Positions 59,161 to 64,000 of a stretch of DNA of 64,000 nt are shown in pieces. This DNA comes from Macrostomum hystrix (Eukaryota; Animalia; Platyhelminthes): the NCBI GenBank assembly GCA_950097015.1, contig CATNEN010000003.1:12462001-12526000 (forward strand), read 5' to 3'. The notes below the pieces were generated by a model. That model saw nothing but the letters and a program-made list of their open reading frames with translations, was not told where the DNA came from and did not search any database. Made by a program: the position numbers and the translations under genes. Position 1 is the stretch's first letter. Each line of letters starts with the position of its first letter.

Positions 59161-62100
59161 CTAGTCCGATCTCACACGTAGAAAGTGTGGCACAACGTGT
59201 ATTGGTGCCGGGTGTCCTTTTAAAAGAGTCGGCCCTGACACCACCTTACCGGAGTAACCGTCCTTCCACTGACCAGCCGGCAGTACAATATCCCTAGCAA
59301 CCGAACCAGGGTCAAGCACCGGAGCAACTAAAAGAGAATCGCCCACTAGAAATTGATCATCAACTGTCCATAACAATTGATGTTCACTGTTATCTGCCAG
59401 CCACCACAATGGCCTAGTTACCGGGGCGCCCGTCTTAAACATGTCACTCAAAGCCAACTGTAACGCCGGCTCATAAACCTCGGCACGCAGTTTCAAAAGT
59501 TGCAAGGCCATTGTTGACACTGATTCGTCGTAATCCCAGGGTGTTATGGAGAATTGCAAGATTGGTAGGAAACAGCTCAACTGCAGCCATCGAATGTACA
59601 GTTCTCGATCAGGCCTGGCGCCGTCCATTGTTTCGGCCGAGTAAGCGTTTCCTAGAATTGCCAAGTTTACACCATTGTTTACTATGAGTAGAGACCATCG
59701 AAAATATCAATACGCAATACGCTTTTTGATAAATGTGCGTTTTTTAACCATAGGCCAATCTGGATTCCGGTAAAGGATAAATTCACTAAATTAGGACTGA
59801 TTCATCTGAACTGTAAACTGAGATTTTAATGATCCTAGATTTGAGTGAATTGGGATTTGACAAGGACCTGCACTAGGAGAAGGACGGGAAACTACGTTTC
59901 TTAGAAAAATACAGGAATAAGTAGCTAATACTAATTATGACATTTATTAATTAATACTTGATTGCAAGAGGAACATAAGTATAAAGTTGAGCTTATTAGT
60001 GTTATTATTATTAAATTTCAGACTTAAGATAGGTTATTAGTAAAGTAATGAAAACCAAAATTTCATGAATAGAAGTTTAAATAAAATTTAGTAAATCGAC
60101 GACATGCTAAGCAAGTTATATCAAAAGAACAGCTTTGTATCTGCTTCCCAAACAAAAGCTGTCACCATTTAAATCTGAAAAAGTGAAAATTTCCTAACTC
60201 CGTAGCGCATTCTTTTCACTTAAACAAGCCCTTCATTTTTTCTTAGAAACATAGTTTCCCGTCCTTCTACTCCTAATGGTCCTTGGGATTTAAGTGAAGT
60301 GGGTATTTAAGTAAATTGGGATTTGAGTGAATTGGGATTTAAGTAAATTGGGATTTGAGTGAATTGGGATTTAATTGAATTGGGATTTAAGTGCATTGGG
60401 AGTTAAATGAATAAGGATCTAAGTGAATATGGATTTAGGTGAATAAGGATTTGATTGAATAGGGATGTGTAAATTGGGATTTCAGTGAATATGGATTTCA
60501 GTGAATAAGGATTTCAGTGAACTGGTATTTAAGTGAATAAGGATTTGAGTGAATAGGGATTTGCGCGAATTGGGATCTAAGTGAATATGGATTTGAGTGA
60601 ATTAGGATGTGGATGAATTGGGATTTCAGTGAAATAGGATTTGAGTGAATTGGGATTTGAGTGAATTGGGATCTAAGTGAATATGGATTTGAGCGAATTG
60701 GGATTTGAGTGAATTGGGATCTAAGTGAATATGGATTTGAGTGAATTAGGATGTGGATGAATTGGGATTTCAGTGAAATAGGATTTGAGTGAATATGGAT
60801 TTGAGTGAATTAGGATGTGGATGAATTGGGATTTCAGTGAAATAGGATTTGAGTGAATTGGGATTTGTGCGAATTGGGATCTAAGTGAATATGGATTTGA
60901 GTGAATTGGATTCGAGTGAATAGGGATCTAAGTGAACTTGGATTCGAGTGAATAGGGACCTTAGTGAGTTGAGTCTATTTGAAAAGCAATAAATCCAGCA
61001 AACAAAAGCTCACCGCCAATCATATCCGGCATAACAAAGTGATATCCGCTCACAGCCAGCATCAGGGCATTGGGCACGATGGAACGCAGTCCATTTCTAC
61101 GACCCCAGTGGCTGTCCTTGTCGAACATCCGGACGGCCACCGGGACAGACTGGGTTCGATAACCAGTGCGCACCTCGACAGTCCCGCCAAATCGGGCGGC
61201 GACCTTCTCCACGTAGGCTGTGGTGAAATGCAACGGCGAGGCCAGTTGACGTAGAGTAGCCGCGCCCCTCAGATAGTAGGTCTCGCCGGCGTCAAATTTG
61301 AATGCTTTCAGACTGTAGCGCCGACGAAAGCCGTCTAGTCTATTGACAAACCAATCAACCGCGTCTGGATTTGTCGAATCCAACAGACCGCCGACGCCTT
61401 GCCACCAGACAATACTAGCCGACCCATTGTTGTTCTCATTCGTCACTAAATAGTCTGCGTTGGATGCCTCAGTGTAAGCCAAAGTGTCCCGATTGAAAAA
61501 TGGTACAATCCAAGTTGTTATCCTGTGGCCCGCTTTGTTAAGCCGCTCAGCCATGCCAACGGGATTCGGGAATTTCGACGAGTCCCAGATCAGATCGCCG
61601 TAGTTGATCGTGTACCGATCGTCAATTTCAATCTGACTGGCCGGATAGCCGCGTCTGGTTAGATCGTCGGCTAGGGCTTCAACATCCAGCTGGTTGATTT
61701 TAGTTTTGTGTCTGGCCCAGGTGCACCAGACAGGTTGGCTGAGCATGCGCTGATCGGGCGACAAGGAGGGCCGCTTGTACAACCTAGGATAAACGAAATG
61801 GGACCAGTGACAAGTTAAGGGAAAATAGGGTAAGGGAAGAGGGGAAGGGAAGAGGGGAAGGTAACATCCAGAACATAAGACACCAATAGACCAAATTTGA
61901 GTCTCACCAATTTTGAGCAGTCATATAAGCTTGCTTAGCATTATCAGCCAGGCACACAGTTGCATTAAAAAAATCGTTCGGCTTGATTGATCTTCCCTTA
62001 TAGACTGGCTCATTTGGAGCAAGATTTAGACAAAGCCTTTTGTCTTCCAACTGACCAACAGATAGAGGTGTGGCATCGTCAACATGCAATAGCAAGCCGC

Positions 62101-63752
62101 GAGAAGACAGCCACAGGCGCTCAACAAAACCGCCCCACAGGCCGGATCGTTTGGCTCCGGTTAGTTCAGCGAAATCATTGCTAACATAGGCCTGATTAGG
62201 CATTGACTGGCCGTTGATTGGCCAACGCTGATCAAAGGCGGCGCCGCCGCCGTAAATATAGCCGCTAATTGGCAGTTCCAAGCATAGGCCGGCGGCGGCG
62301 TCCTTTGATGTTGACGCGATTAAAACGCGATAGCATGTCACAGACGGATCGGGCTGAGGTAGCCGCGTCACCTTCAGGCTACCGGCGCTACCCCAAGTAA
62401 TTATCACGTCCTGATGATTTTCACCAGACTGCACTGCAGACTTCTTTAAAGTTAAGAAATTTATTTTTTGTTAGACATAGTCACACGTGAATGGAATCAG
62501 ATGAAAAGGAACGCGTTGTGATCTTGGGAACGTGTGTTGTCCTCGAGAGTGTGTAATGTCCATGAGAATGTGTAATGTTACTGAGAATGTTTAATGTCTA
62601 TGAGAATGTGTAATGTTACTGAGAATGTTTAATGTCTATGAGAATGTGTAATGTTACTGAGAATGTTTAATGTCCATGAGAATGTGTAATGTCCATGAGA
62701 ATGTGTAATGTCTATGGGAATGTTTAATGTTCCTAAATATGTTTCATGTTTCTGAGAATGTGTAACGTTCCTGAGAAAGTTTAATGTTCCTGAGAATTTT
62801 AATGTTCCTGAGAATGTGTAATGTCTATGAGAATGTGTAATGTCTATGAGAATGTGTAATGTTCCTGAGAATGTTTAATGTCTATGAGAATGTTTAATGT
62901 TCCTGATAATGTGTAATGTCCATGAGAATGTGTAATGTCTATGGGAATTTTTAATGTTCCTGAATATGTTTAATGTTTCTGAGAATGTGTAATGCTCCTG
63001 AAAACGGGTAATGTTCTTAAGAATGTGTAATGTTCTTGAGAATGTGTAATGTCTATGGGAATGTTTTATGTCCATGAGAATTTGTAATGTCCATGAGAAT
63101 GTTTTATGTCCATGAGAATGTGTAATGTCCATGAGAATGTTTTATGTCCATGAGAATGTTTTATGTCCATGAGAATATGTAATGTCGCTTAGAATGGCAA
63201 AGGCAAAAAGGCTTGATGTCCTTGAGAATGTGGCATGCTCTAGGCAATGTGCGATTACAACTCAGTCTGCATCTGAGATAAACATATAATATACTGAGAT
63301 AATTGATTAATTGACTATGGCTAAAATTAATTGTCAGTATAAGTATTTTGTGTTTCAAAATGTGTCAACTTGATTGTTTCTTTTAGATTTACAATTGCAT
63401 CCGTGATACCCAAATTAACCTGTACAGCTGTCAACTTCTCTCCGCTCCAAAGCAGACTAAATTCGGCTATCAATCCGGATTTCGTGCCATCAAATTTTAT
63501 TTCGTTGTCCAAAACTTTTTGACTAAATAGCAAGCGATTGTTCTCAAATGTCACAGTCATTGCTGTTTTATTCGGCATCTGCCTATGACCAAATGGAAAG
63601 TATAACGACAGCAGAGTGTAAAATGCTACGCTTAGAAGCAACACGACAATTGCTGTCCGCTGGCCAAAGAATTGATTGACATGTCGCTGGTCACTTGGTG
63701 ATGATGAAGACGCCGTTGCCATTGGAGTGAAGTGTCTGGAATGACACGTCAT
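59161..63752 (-). CDS. MYORG: MYORG-like GH31 glycosidase, type II membrane (exons 63752-63420, 62443-61908, 61783-61014, 59651-59161)
   Basis: N-terminal TM; IYGGG...QRWPI; ERLWLSSRG; PVWCTWARHKTKINQ; SQIEIDD; WWQG; KFDAGE (nucleophile); PDMIGGNAY (acid/base); ELYIRWLQ; QFSITPW; RPLWW; DQFLVGDSLLVAPV. Confidence 0.92.
59861..60285. mobile_element. MITE with ~45-bp imperfect TIRs inserted in a minisatellite
   Basis: CAAGGACC..TAGGAGAAGGACGGGAAACTACGTTTCT ... AGAAACATAGTTTCCCGTCCTTCTACTCCTAATGGTCCTTG; flanks GGATTTGA / GGATTTAA (possible 8-bp TSD, hAT-like). Confidence 0.7.
60286..60970 (+). repeat. ~16-bp degenerate minisatellite GGGATTTGAGTGAATT
   Basis: Tandem units in MYORG intron 3. Confidence 0.93.
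62540..63190 (+). repeat. 19-bp minisatellite GAGAATGTGTAATGTCCAT
   Basis: Tandem units in MYORG intron 1. Confidence 0.95.
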
Positions 63753-64000
63753 TCAGTTCAATCTAAAATCTAAAATAAAGTCAGTTTACTAAAATTCTTC
63801 TGTGACTTCAAAATGAATTAATTCGATGAAAAGCTAACTTTTTTTCAAAGTTAACCACGAAACGAGCAACATTTAGTTCTAGCAAAGTTTGAAACAAAAT
63901 GAAGATCTTGAAAATTGACTTTTTATTTAACTATAAATAATTACCTGTTGCTATTTTACACGCACAAAAAATCAGGCCGAAAGTAAAATATAATCACTAG

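Overview
Eukaryotic (animal) genomic DNA with spliceosomal introns, CAG/GCC-rich exons and a 15-44 bp minisatellite in many introns. The style suggests a free-living flatworm such as Macrostomum (inference only). Host genes reconstructed by hand with GT-AG boundaries and frame checks: 3' part of RNF123, MOSPD2, YTHDC2 (degenerate YTH domain), a tail-to-tail pair of syntaxin-6-derived membrane proteins that keep the Habc domain but lack a SNARE motif, IPMK, an intronless cystinosin and a MYORG-type GH31 glycosidase. Mobile DNA: a deleted CMC/EnSpm-type transposon (transposase plus BEN-domain gene) inside an RNF123 intron; a large AT-rich block (~8.5-17.5 kb) with a spliced tyrosine-recombinase gene, no RT, and CACTA-like AATTACAG repeat arrays; a near full-length decayed APE-RT-RNaseH LINE; two tRNA-derived SINE families; several MITEs. 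Best candidates for undescribed biology are the tyrosine-recombinase element and the SNARE-less syntaxin-6 paralog pair. All calls come from motif recognition by eye; no searches were run.
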